Source: Spirochaetia bacterium
GTDB taxonomy: Bacteria > Spirochaetota > UBA4802 > UBA5550
Assembly (NCBI GenBank): GCA_009885955.1
Contig: VFJS01000086.1
Location: 1-24,797, forward strand
Length of the DNA: 24,797 nucleotides
Reading direction: 5' to 3'
The notes beneath the pieces were generated by a model, which saw nothing but the letters and a program-made list of their open reading frames with translations, did no database searches and was not told the origin of the DNA. Position numbers and translations under genes: made by a program. This document shows positions 16,666 through 24,797 of the stretch, piece after piece; positions within the stretch are counted from its first letter, which is position 1, and every line of letters starts with the position of its first letter.

Positions 16666-17943
16666 ATGAATGACATCCAGCTGCGGGAAATTATAATAGA
16701 GCAAAACGACCATTTTTCAAATTCCCAAACGGATACAGTTGAAAGGGATATAATACGCCAAATAGATAAATTCAAAAAACTTCCCCATGCCGTAGTTATA
16801 ACAGGGATCAGGAGATCCGGTAAATCCACTTTATTAAAGCAGATAGCTAATAAATACTATGAAAACAACTATTATTATTTAAGCTTCGAAGATGAAAGAC
16901 TATTAAACTTCACTGCTGAGGATTTTAACAGGTTATATGAGTTATTCATAGAGCTGTTTGGAAATAGAAAAGTATTCTTTTTTGATGAAATTCAGAATGC
17001 CGATAAGTGGGAAAGCTTTGTGAGGCGTATGATCGACCGCGATGTAAAATTTTATCTTACCGGATCAAATGCCATGCTTCTCAGCAGGGAATTAGGTACA
17101 AAATTGACCGGCAGATACATGTCTGTGGAACTCTATCCCTTTTCATTTAAAGAATATCTCCTCTATAAAAAAATAGAATCCGGCCACAAATCACTGATTC
17201 AAACGGAAAAACGGGCCCTTATTAAAAAACATTTTAATGACTATAAGGAATCGGGCGGTATGCCTGAATATCTGAAATACGGAGAAATCGATATTTTAAG
17301 AAAAACCTACGATGATATATTATTCAGGGATATAGCGGTCCGTTATTCCATAAGCGAAGTAAAGATATTGAGGGAACTTGCGCTTTATCTTTTCAGCAAT
17401 ATATCCAGGCCTGTTTCGTTTAACAAACTCAAACAGTATTTCAATCTGGGAAGCGTTAACACGATAAAAAAATATATCGGATATCTCGAAGACAGTTACC
17501 TCCTGTTCACCGTAAACAGGTACTCCCATTCAGTTAAACAACAACTCATCGCTCCGAAAAAAATATACAGCATAGACACAGGTCTCTGCGGAAGTGTATC
17601 CTTCCATTTCTCAAAAAATGAAGGTCAATATCTTGAAAATATGGTTTTTTTATTTCTAAAAAGAAAAGGTTTTGAAATATTTTATTATCTCACCGGAAAC
17701 GGCAAAGAAGTTGATTTTTTAATCAGGGAGGGTAGGTCGCTTAAGCTGGTCCAGGTCTCCATGGATATATCGTCCACCGAAACCAGGGATAGAGAAATAT
17801 CATCCCTTGTAACCGCGTGCGGGGAACTCAACCTGAAAGAAGGGCTTCTGCTTACCGATAACGATGAAGATGCCATAAAAATCGATAAAATAAAGATAAA
17901 AATTATGCCGGTGTATAAATGGATGTTGGAAGATAATCAATGA
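16666..17943 (+). CDS. AAA+ ATPase of the AAA_14/DUF4143 family
   Basis: Walker A GIRRSGKST, Walker B FFFDEIQ, then LTGSNAMLL...LTGRY...LYPFSFKEY and a DUF4143-like C-terminal half; this is a widespread family. Confidence 0.8.
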   Translation: MNDIQLREIIIEQNDHFSNSQTDTVERDIIRQIDKFKKLPHAVVITGIRRSGKSTLLKQIANKYYENNYYYLSFEDERLLNFTAEDFNRLYELFIELFGNRKVFFFDEIQNADKWESFVRRMIDRDVKFYLTGSNAMLLSRELGTKLTGRYMSVELYPFSFKEYLLYKKIESGHKSLIQTEKRALIKKHFNDYKESGGMPEYLKYGEIDILRKTYDDILFRDIAVRYSISEVKILRELALYLFSNISRPVSFNKLKQYFNLGSVNTIKKYIGYLEDSYLLFTVNRYSHSVKQQLIAPKKIYSIDTGLCGSVSFHFSKNEGQYLENMVFLFLKRKGFEIFYYLTGNGKEVDFLIREGRSLKLVQVSMDISSTETRDREISSLVTACGELNLKEGLLLTDNDEDAIKIDKIKIKIMPVYKWMLEDNQ

Positions 17944-17992
17944 TACTATGGAAACCTTTTTGTTGGAAAATTTTTCAATCTGTATAGTTCAC

Positions 17993-18178
17993 TTATTTCA
18001 TCGAGTCAGGATGCCTCCCGGTTTTCTGCATTGTATCCCATTCCTCAACAGTGAAATATCTATAATCCAATGGCCTTCTTTTTTTATTCATGTGAATGCG
18101 TATAGCTCCAGCCGCAAGATCAAGTTCCTGCTCTTGTAACGTTTTATTCTTTTTTTTACGATTAAAAATGATAAACAT
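17993..18178 (-). CDS. Small hypothetical protein; the frame is open further upstream through a predicted TM helix but has no canonical start there
   Basis: The frame upstream of the annotated Met reads LHESSYIKIVTISGFSLAFLFITA-MFIIFNRKKKNKT..., a hydrophobic helix followed by a basic stretch. No ATG/GTG/TTG lies upstream of the helix. It overlaps a plus-strand ORF (17948-18139) of similar quality. Confidence 0.25.
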   Translation of the reverse strand: MFIIFNRKKKNKTLQEQELDLAAGAIRIHMNKKRRPLDYRYFTVEEWDTMQKTGRHPDSMK

Positions 18179-18242
18179 TGCTGTAATAAAAAGAAATGCT
18201 AAGGAGAAACCTGATATAGTGACAATTTTTATATAAGAAGAT

Positions 18243-18836
18243 TCATGTAATCATTTTTTCATACTTTGTAACGAGCGAACGGTCAAATTTTCTTAAATCT
18301 GCCTGTTCAAAAAACTCATAATCCGGTAATTTATCATTAAAAAAAATTGGTTTCCCGCTCATTTTTAATATCCCGCTATCCTCATTGGCAAAAGAAATGT
18401 TATATAAATTTAGGGGTATATTATTTTCCAATGCGTATGAAGCAATACTGTTCTTATTATTTAGGCCAAAATCGGAAATATCTATCGAGTAGGGCAGGTC
18501 AAGGCCATTACCTCCATACAATACCGGTTTATTATCCCTATCAAATAATATAAGGGCCAGGCCCTTCGGAGGCCATATATATTTTTCTAAGATCAGCCTA
18601 ATATCTTCAAACAATTTTTCACGGCTCTCCGCTCTTGTAGGGAGAAGCTCAAGGCTGTCCAGAAGCCCATCAACATCAAACCCAGGTATTCTGTCGCTCC
18701 ATGCGTCAAATTATGTATAACGGAATTTCGATCTGTCGCATACCGGGGATATATCGCAGAATTTTTTTATGGTGTTTTGAGGCCTTCCGGTTAAAAAATT
18801 CAAAACATTTGAATCATTTCTGTCTTTAATTTCCAT
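18243..18836 (-). pseudogene. Hypothetical gene interrupted by an in-frame TAA at 18711-18713
   Basis: ATG at 18836 gives MEIKDRNDSNVLNFLTGRPQNTIKKFCDISPVCDRSKFRYT, then TAA, then the same frame continues FDAWSDRIPGFDVDGLLDSLELLPTRAESREKLFEDIRLILEKY... into the listed 18243-18614 ORF. No domain recognised. Confidence 0.4.
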
Positions 18837-18872
18837 TTTTTAAACCATAAAAATAATTAATATTCAGTCAAT

Positions 18873-19010
18873 TCATCTCCCGCATCCAAGCATTCCAGCT
18901 TCTTTTATATCATCGTCAGCCTCTTTTATTTCACCCTTCTTGCTATACAGGCTTTCCCTTAGTTTGTAGAACCTGCAATCACCATCATTGAGATAAATTG
19001 CTATTCTTTC
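18873..19010 (-). pseudogene. Promoter-less fragment paralogous to the TPR segment (codons ~296-340) of the adjacent 1319-aa gene
   Basis: About 80% nucleotide identity between 18873-19010 and ~22045-22180, including cccgcatccaagc and tcatcRtcagcctcttttat. Translation IAIYLNDGDCRFYKLRESLYSKKGEIKEADDDIKEAGMLGCGR* versus MAIYLNNGDCRFYKLRENLLRKTGDIKEADDDLKKIKELGCGSS. The frame opens after a TAA with no start codon. Confidence 0.5.
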
Positions 19011-19092
19011 CTTCAAATATAATATATTATAATCTGAAGAAAAACACAGTTTAATTTACAGACCCGCTAAAATTGAAAAATTTCCTCCCCCT

Positions 19093-22000
19093 TCATTTTC
19101 CATAAATTATAAACCCCTCCATACCGTAGGGTATGACAGCCATCGGTTTCTGTACCCCATCGATATTTACTTTTACAGTATTTTTGAGATACATACCGCT
19201 TTTGACCGCGCGTTTGTAAATGCTGCTCATGATCTCACTGTTCATCCGCGGCACTTCCCTGTCCACGTAGTCTTTAAGCCTGGCAAAGGGGAGAATATCC
19301 CCCTCATATGTTGCCTTACCGTCAAAACCACTAACAATAGATAGAGTGAAAACTCCCCCCTTTGGCGTATCAATACCTGAATCCTGCCGTGAAGTACCGG
19401 AATAAATGATAGCATTTATATCATGAACATCTTTAACTAACCGAGTAATGTCAGTCCTGTTCTCCGAAAAAACTTCGCCTGCCTGGCAGGTATCCACAAT
19501 CACCAGCCGCCTGCCCATTGTGTTGTCCAGTATGCGGTGCAGTCGTTTCCAGTCGAGGCTGGTACCCTCTTCAATGATGGACTGCTCACCCCACGCGTTC
19601 TTCAGCTTCGTATCCGCAGTTACAAAATGATAACTGCCCTGCGTATCGGTCACGCCATGTCCATCAAGAAATACGATCGTGGTGTCGAGCGGCCCGGCCT
19701 TCCGCGTTTGCTCGATCAACGCGTTCTCCACCATGGCCGAGGTGATTACTTTTTTACTGTCATCGGTCAGAGTTAAAACATCCACCTTTTTATAGTGTTT
19801 CCCCTCAAGCTTCTTGAAACGCCCGGCAATGGATTTAGCATCGAGAGATGGCGACTGAAGCTGCTGGTCTTCAGACAGTTTCGGGTAAATGCTAATACCT
19901 ATGGCTACGACATAGAGTGTTGTATCTCTAGTTGATCTTCCTGTACTGCCTGAAAGGTTATCAACTGATATTTCAGCACTGTTTTCAGCCCACTGATTTT
20001 CCACAGTGACCTTTATATGGTTTTTGTTTTCAGGAAGATTTATCATATATTTTATTATATCGCCCGGTTTTGAGCCTGTGAGTGGACGCTCTTTTTCAGT
20101 TAATACTTGCATCCCATTTATATAGATGGTGATACGCTCCGGCACCGTTGTTGTATTCTTCCCAAGCCTCACTGCCACTTCGGTCCTGTTGTTCTTGGCA
20201 ACTTTTACTGAATCTATTTTTACATCAACAGGTGCACGTTTGATGAGCTCTGCCACGGTTATATTCTTTAACCCTGGCTCATTTTTTGAGAGTACTTCCA
20301 TCGCCTTAGCGCTCGACCCGAGTTCAATTGTTTTTTTAATTACATCAGGTCTGTAGAGATACTTCCTGAACTGTCTTGCAGTATAATAATCGGCGCTCTT
20401 ATCAGGGCCATGGTTCACATGCCATCCCACGAACCGGTCGCCCTTTGCCGAGGCGTTGTAAAAGCCATCTTCGTTCCAGATTACCCATTCGTTGTCTTTG
20501 GATATAAATATGCTAACAATGGGAAATATCTCTTTTTTACCATCCTTTAAATCCTTTAGGTTCCATAACTTTATAGTCTGGTCAGAGCTACCTGATGCAA
20601 GGATGTCGCCGTCTATCGAGATGTTCCAAATCTCCCCGGTATGGCCTATGAAAGAAGCTTTCTTTTCTCCCTGTCTGTTATATACGGTAAGAAAACCGTG
20701 TGTTCCGCCTGAAAGAACAGACCCATCTTCTGTAAAACCATAGGTGTTATGTCTGGAACCGTCTGCTGCATCCCGCGAAATCAACGCTGTTTCTGTACCA
20801 TCTTTCTTAATCAGAAGTACCGCGTTTTCAAGTTCAATTTCTCCGCCAGCAGAGTGGGTTAGGGAATATCCTTGATATGTTGTATTGATCCTTTTAAATC
20901 CCACAGACTGCGTTATGAGGCTTACGGTAAAGTTTTCAAGATTAATAGATTTTTCTAATTTGCCTCGGCTATATTGATCTTCATAGCTGAATGTATTTCC
21001 AAAAGCTATATCACTTCCCCTGATGCCAACAGACCAAACTCTTTTCCCATGGCCAGTTATCTGCATTTTTACATTACCCGTGAAGGCATCCCAGAGATAG
21101 ATGTCAGCATTATTTCCGCCGCCAGTGACCGCAGTGTGATTGTTTAAGAAGGTGATCGCCGTGGTTGTATTATCATGTCTGAAAAATGAGGATATTTTTT
21201 TGAATCCAACACTTCTGTCGTAGATGTTACACACTCGAGGACGTTCACTTGTTCCAGTTAAAAGGAGTCTTCCGTCAGGTGAAAAGGAAAGACCTGCAAT
21301 TATGGTCTCAGATTCTATCTCCTCTTTTTGTGTAAGGCTGTGGTCAAAGATATATATTTTACTGTCAGGTATTCCTGAAACTGCTATGTATGCGTCGCAT
21401 ACTGCAAGGTACTTTAACTTTTTATTATGCGTAATTGATTTTATCATTTTTTTATCATTCAGCGACCAAAGTATAATCTTGTTATCAAATCCGGTTGAGA
21501 CTATTTTATAATATCCCCCGCTTCTAAATATCCGTACTGCTAAGACATAACTTGTATGTCCTGTAAAGGTATGTATTAGGGTAAAGTTATCTGTAATATC
21601 CCATACTTTTACAGTTTTGTCGGCAGAGGCGGATATCAAATACTTACCATCTATACTTATGGCTAGATCATTGACAATATTCTCATGTGATTTCAGGATA
21701 TTAATTAGTTCTCCGGAATTCAGATTGAAAATGCGAATATAATGAAAATTTTTTCCATACCCTGTTTCCATATATCCCGCAACAGCAAGGTATCGTTCAT
21801 CGGGCGTAAGGGCAATGGCAAATATCTGTCCTTCAAGTCCGCTGCCTATCTGTCCTAGTATTTTCGCTCTTTCCTGACCTGTTTGAGTATCCCAGATGCG
21901 GATGGTCTTATCATCGGACGCGGAGATGATGCGCCTTCCGTCTTTCATAGGTATTATTTTTTTTATTATGGCCATGTGCCCGCCGGTATCGAGTTTGAGG

Positions 22001-23052
22001 ATGGGTGTGCTGGTTAGGGTTGACTGGGGATTCACGGATGACCCGCATCCAAGCTCTTTGATTTTTTTAAGGTCATCATCAGCCTCTTTTATATCACCTG
22101 TTTTTCTAAGCAGATTTTCCCTCAGTTTGTAGAATCTGCAATCGCCATTATTGAGATAAATAGCCATACTTACATCTGTTATGGCTTTCTTAAAGTCCTT
22201 TAAAGCTGCTTCTGATTCAGCGGTATGGTAATATGCTTCGGAGCTGATTTTTTCTTTCCCGACAGTTTTCCGTAAAGCTTTTCTGAATTCACCTATAGCA
22301 TCATTATATAGGCCGGCTTTATGTTTTTTTATTCCATTTTCAATTAATTTATGTGCTTTTGAAATATTATTATCATTATTTTTATTTTGAACAGAATCAT
22401 TACCTCGTTTTGAATTAGCTACCCCTCCTTTACTTGAAAGTAGACGATCCATTTCAATCTTAGGGTCACCATCCCTAATAATATAATTTCTTAAAATGAA
22501 AAGTGGAGTTTCCCCTAAATTGTTTCGCATATTGACTTCGGCTCCTTTAGTGATAAGCAATTCTGCTGTCTCAACATTCAGGGAAAAAACAGTTAAATGG
22601 AGTGGAGTCATTCCATCTTTATTTTTTTGATTAATATTCGCACCGTGCTCAAGGAGTACTCTAACTGGTTCAACTCGCTCCATATATGCAGCTTTATGTA
22701 GAGAACTATCACCCTCACTGTCTTTCATATTAATATCACATTTTTTATCGATTAATAATTGCATGGCTTCAAGCCATCCGTTTAATGCAGCAAGGCTTAA
22801 TAAGAGAGTTGATTTTGAAAAATTATCGCTTTGGATTATCGAAAAGTCAGATTTTTCATTTTTTTTTATACTCCACCCATCCTCGTTTATAAATTTCCAC
22901 CCGCCTCGTTTTACTGCTATTTTATTTATGATTTTGATGAATAAAAGCTCACCGGTTGACGGTTTATAGGGTTTAGCATATATAGAGGTATTTATTGAAA
23001 TGACAAATATAAAAAGAAGGAGCTTAATATTTATTAATATTGTATTTCTCAT
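19093..23052 (-). CDS. Secreted multidomain protein: signal peptide - ankyrin repeats - TPR-like - WD40 beta-propeller(s) - caspase-like peptidase C14 domain (orthocaspase-type)
   Basis: N-terminus MRNTILINIKLLLFIFVISINTSIYA is signal-peptide-like. Ankyrin repeats at residues ~115-190. WD40 units from ~355 to ~835 (GHMAIIKK...SASDDKTIRIWD; SASADKTVKVWD; SGSSDQTIKLWN). The C14 domain is listed separately under 19275-19926. Confidence 0.9.
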   Translation of the reverse strand: MRNTILINIKLLLFIFVISINTSIYAKPYKPSTGELLFIKIINKIAVKRGGWKFINEDGWSIKKNEKSDFSIIQSDNFSKSTLLLSLAALNGWLEAMQLLIDKKCDINMKDSEGDSSLHKAAYMERVEPVRVLLEHGANINQKNKDGMTPLHLTVFSLNVETAELLITKGAEVNMRNNLGETPLFILRNYIIRDGDPKIEMDRLLSSKGGVANSKRGNDSVQNKNNDNNISKAHKLIENGIKKHKAGLYNDAIGEFRKALRKTVGKEKISSEAYYHTAESEAALKDFKKAITDVSMAIYLNNGDCRFYKLRENLLRKTGDIKEADDDLKKIKELGCGSSVNPQSTLTSTPILKLDTGGHMAIIKKIIPMKDGRRIISASDDKTIRIWDTQTGQERAKILGQIGSGLEGQIFAIALTPDERYLAVAGYMETGYGKNFHYIRIFNLNSGELINILKSHENIVNDLAISIDGKYLISASADKTVKVWDITDNFTLIHTFTGHTSYVLAVRIFRSGGYYKIVSTGFDNKIILWSLNDKKMIKSITHNKKLKYLAVCDAYIAVSGIPDSKIYIFDHSLTQKEEIESETIIAGLSFSPDGRLLLTGTSERPRVCNIYDRSVGFKKISSFFRHDNTTTAITFLNNHTAVTGGGNNADIYLWDAFTGNVKMQITGHGKRVWSVGIRGSDIAFGNTFSYEDQYSRGKLEKSINLENFTVSLITQSVGFKRINTTYQGYSLTHSAGGEIELENAVLLIKKDGTETALISRDAADGSRHNTYGFTEDGSVLSGGTHGFLTVYNRQGEKKASFIGHTGEIWNISIDGDILASGSSDQTIKLWNLKDLKDGKKEIFPIVSIFISKDNEWVIWNEDGFYNASAKGDRFVGWHVNHGPDKSADYYTARQFRKYLYRPDVIKKTIELGSSAKAMEVLSKNEPGLKNITVAELIKRAPVDVKIDSVKVAKNNRTEVAVRLGKNTTTVPERITIYINGMQVLTEKERPLTGSKPGDIIKYMINLPENKNHIKVTVENQWAENSAEISVDNLSGSTGRSTRDTTLYVVAIGISIYPKLSEDQQLQSPSLDAKSIAGRFKKLEGKHYKKVDVLTLTDDSKKVITSAMVENALIEQTRKAGPLDTTIVFLDGHGVTDTQGSYHFVTADTKLKNAWGEQSIIEEGTSLDWKRLHRILDNTMGRRLVIVDTCQAGEVFSENRTDITRLVKDVHDINAIIYSGTSRQDSGIDTPKGGVFTLSIVSGFDGKATYEGDILPFARLKDYVDREVPRMNSEIMSSIYKRAVKSGMYLKNTVKVNIDGVQKPMAVIPYGMEGFIIYGK
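19275..19926 (-). other. Caspase-like (peptidase C14) catalytic domain with an intact His-Cys dyad
   Basis: YVVAIGISIYP matches the p20 N-terminal strand. FLDGHGV has the catalytic His at ~residue 1132. LVIVDTCQAG has the catalytic Cys at residue 1189 (codon 19486-19488). Confidence 0.75.
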
Positions 23053-23152
23053 ATTTCCTCGCTAATATTAATATGATTTTAGATATTATATATAATATTG
23101 TAAATTCATTTAAGATAATATTAAAATGAATAATAATATATTTACGATTATT

Positions 23153-24358
23153 TTATTTTTTTGATATATTAGTAATGAAAATATCCCTATTATTAAGATA
23201 TAATATAATTAATTCATCTCCGTTATAATGATGAGATATTATATCATTAAAAGGGCCATATTCATTTACACCATTTTCAATTATATAATAGTTATTGTTT
23301 TTTTTCACTCGATAAGCCCAATTCTCACCTTTTTCATCAAAAATTGGATCATCTACCCAATCATATGGGCCATATTTTTTATATTCATCGTTAATCACAA
23401 TATAATATTTATTATTTTTTTGTTCTTTAACACTTATTGCATATAGAAAAAATACACCTTTTTGATGTAATCTAAAGAATCCATTACCTATTTCATCATA
23501 TGGCCCAAGATCTTTAGTTCCACCACTTCCATGATAATGAAGATAATATTTGTCATTAATTATATATGTATAATAATAATCATCATTATATAAAAGTTGA
23601 TCTTGTGACTTTCCTAATATTTCTAATGATTCATTTGAATTATTTATCACTATATACCATTGATCATTTTTACGAACATTAAATATATATCTACTAAAAT
23701 CGTTATTAAAATTTTTATTAGTTATTTGTTCAATCTTATCATAAGGTCCCAATTTTTTATCATCTATATATATATAATGCAATTTATCTGTTAAATTTAA
23801 ACCGCTTATTGCTCTATTGTAATCTGAAATCACAATTTCATCAATTTTAAAATTCTTTAATGGGCCATCAATTTTCATTTTATTCAAATTTATAATAAAT
23901 GATTCATTATTTCTAAAACCCTTATAAATAACAGGAAATTTTTCTGACCATCCTGACCACCATAAAAAATCAAAAGGCCCATATTTTTTGATACCATTAA
24001 TCAATATATAATATTGTTTATTTTCTAATTCCTCATTTTCAATTATAGTTGCATACCAATCAGATTTATTTATAAAACCAATTGTATGTAAACCTTGATT
24101 ACTGAATATTTCCTTTCCATTATAAATTACATAAGGATTTTCATTAATATTCTTCCATGCATATCCCACCCAGTTTGAATAATCATTGTTATATTTTACT
24201 GAATGATATCCTATTTGCTTATATGGTCCAAATCTTTGATATTCGGAATTGTAAAAGAAAGATAAATAATAATTAGCTCCAATATATGACTGTAAAAAAA
24301 TATAATTATTTTTGTTATATGATTCTAAAAAACTTATATGCATTCCAGCCATGTTCAA
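23153..24358 (-). CDS. Repeat protein with ~8 tandem Tyr/Gly-rich ~40-aa units (approx. YY-[IV]-I-N-x(3)-KYGP[YF]D), WG/KWG-like; the true N-terminus is probably upstream (see 24458-24613)
   Basis: Repeats include YYILINGIKKYGPFDF, YIYIDDKKLGPYDKI, YYIVINDEYKKYGPYDW and YYIIENGVNEYGPFNDI. The listed start 24358 is a TTG. The same frame stays open 112 more codons upstream to 24694 (ATG at 24352 is internal). Confidence 0.7.
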   Translation of the reverse strand: MNMAGMHISFLESYNKNNYIFLQSYIGANYYLSFFYNSEYQRFGPYKQIGYHSVKYNNDYSNWVGYAWKNINENPYVIYNGKEIFSNQGLHTIGFINKSDWYATIIENEELENKQYYILINGIKKYGPFDFLWWSGWSEKFPVIYKGFRNNESFIINLNKMKIDGPLKNFKIDEIVISDYNRAISGLNLTDKLHYIYIDDKKLGPYDKIEQITNKNFNNDFSRYIFNVRKNDQWYIVINNSNESLEILGKSQDQLLYNDDYYYTYIINDKYYLHYHGSGGTKDLGPYDEIGNGFFRLHQKGVFFLYAISVKEQKNNKYYIVINDEYKKYGPYDWVDDPIFDEKGENWAYRVKKNNNYYIIENGVNEYGPFNDIISHHYNGDELIILYLNNRDIFITNISKK

Positions 24359-24457
24359 TGATAAATTTTCATTATCTTGTAGTGAATATATTTTTTTTGT
24401 CTCAACTATATTTGCTTTTGATAAAATAAAATTAAATTTTCGATTTTCGTCTCCTAT

Positions 24458-24613
24458 TTTATCAATAGTAAATGATTCTTTTTTATATCCACTTAATTTT
24501 ATTGATATTTGTATCTTATCTTTACCTGTAATATATTTTGTAAATGGTGAATATCCGACAAAATTATCATTAATATAAATATCTGCATTAGAAGGTATTG
24601 TATAGATTGAAAG
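24458..24613 (-). other. PEGA-like domain encoded in the in-frame upstream extension of the 23153-24358 gene
   Basis: LSIYTIPSNADIYINDNFVGYSPFTKYITGKDKIQISIKLSGYKKESFTIDK follows the PEGA pattern (v.s.P.gA.vyvdg..vG.TP.....l..G.h.v.l...GY...e..v.v). No ATG/GTG/TTG in this frame between 24694 and 24358. Confidence 0.5.
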
Positions 24614-24797
24614 ATTTGATTTTTGAGGATTAATAAATTCTCTAACAATTTCATCCGTATAATTAATATTAACATTGCTATTTGATACATTTTTTCACTA
24701 CTGTCCCATACATTTTAGAAACCAAAATCAAGCTGAACATCTAACGTATTCAATTTTTTCTTGATATATCGAAATTTTATACTCAGAAGATCAATAA

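Noticed and set aside
16632-17876. Minus-strand ORFs 16632-16829, 17320-17529 and 17685-17876
   Set aside because: Antisense within the AAA+ ATPase gene.
15600-18836. Alternative genetic code (TGA or TAA as sense) to explain the two in-frame stops
   Set aside because: Neighbouring long genes terminate on TGA/TAA/TAG at sensible positions and contain no other internal stops. Two different stop codons are involved. Pseudogenisation or local sequence error is more parsimonious.
19448-22969. Seven short plus-strand ORFs inside the 1319-aa gene
   Set aside because: Antisense to a 4-kb CDS with clear domain content.
23228-24690. ORFs 23228-23446(+), 24312-24578(+) and 24499-24690(-)
   Set aside because: They overlap the repeat-protein CDS or its in-frame PEGA extension in other frames. 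Ile/Leu-rich low-complexity translations.
1-24797. CRISPR array, tRNA or rRNA genes
   Set aside because: No regularly spaced direct repeats, no cloverleaf-compatible segments with conserved tRNA boxes, and no rRNA-like conserved stretches were seen. The repeats found are pairs, not arrays.

Overview
AT-rich (by eye about one-third GC) bacterial chromosomal segment with compact genes on both strands; I cannot assign a taxon from sequence alone. The left 5.6 kb is a signal-transduction cluster: two recently duplicated PAS/HisKA_2-type histidine kinases (one fused to a receiver domain) flank a minus-strand STAS anti-sigma-factor antagonist and a 100-aa unknown. From about 5.56 kb to 19.1 kb the window looks like a decaying accessory region. 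A 1.9-kb three-gene cassette (Rrf2 regulator, stand-alone T2SSE_N/MshEN-like domain, unknown) is bracketed by a perfect 20-bp direct repeat. Two separate DDE-transposase fragments (7458-7679 and 11233-11439) bracket a two-gene island: an 838-aa protein ending in a degenerate GGDEF-like palm domain, and a Cys-rich pRiA4b-ORF3-like protein. After that comes a 1.1-kb ORF-free, locally GC-rich, hairpin-rich stretch. Next is a plus-strand run of an SPFH/flotillin-like protein, an ankyrin+TPR protein, a two-TM membrane protein, a protein-kinase-like gene broken by an in-frame TGA, and an AAA+ (DUF4143-type) ATPase. A gene broken by an in-frame TAA and a promoter-less fragment copied from the neighbouring giant gene follow. 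The right end carries a 1319-aa secreted ankyrin-TPR-WD40-caspase(C14) protein with an intact His/Cys dyad, and a PEGA-domain/Tyr-Gly-repeat protein whose reading frame is open well upstream of its annotated start. No tRNA, rRNA or CRISPR array was seen. Candidates for something undescribed are, first, the IS-fragment-bracketed degenerate-GGDEF plus Zn-ribbon pair, and second, the repeat-bracketed mini-cassette; both are inference from sequence only.
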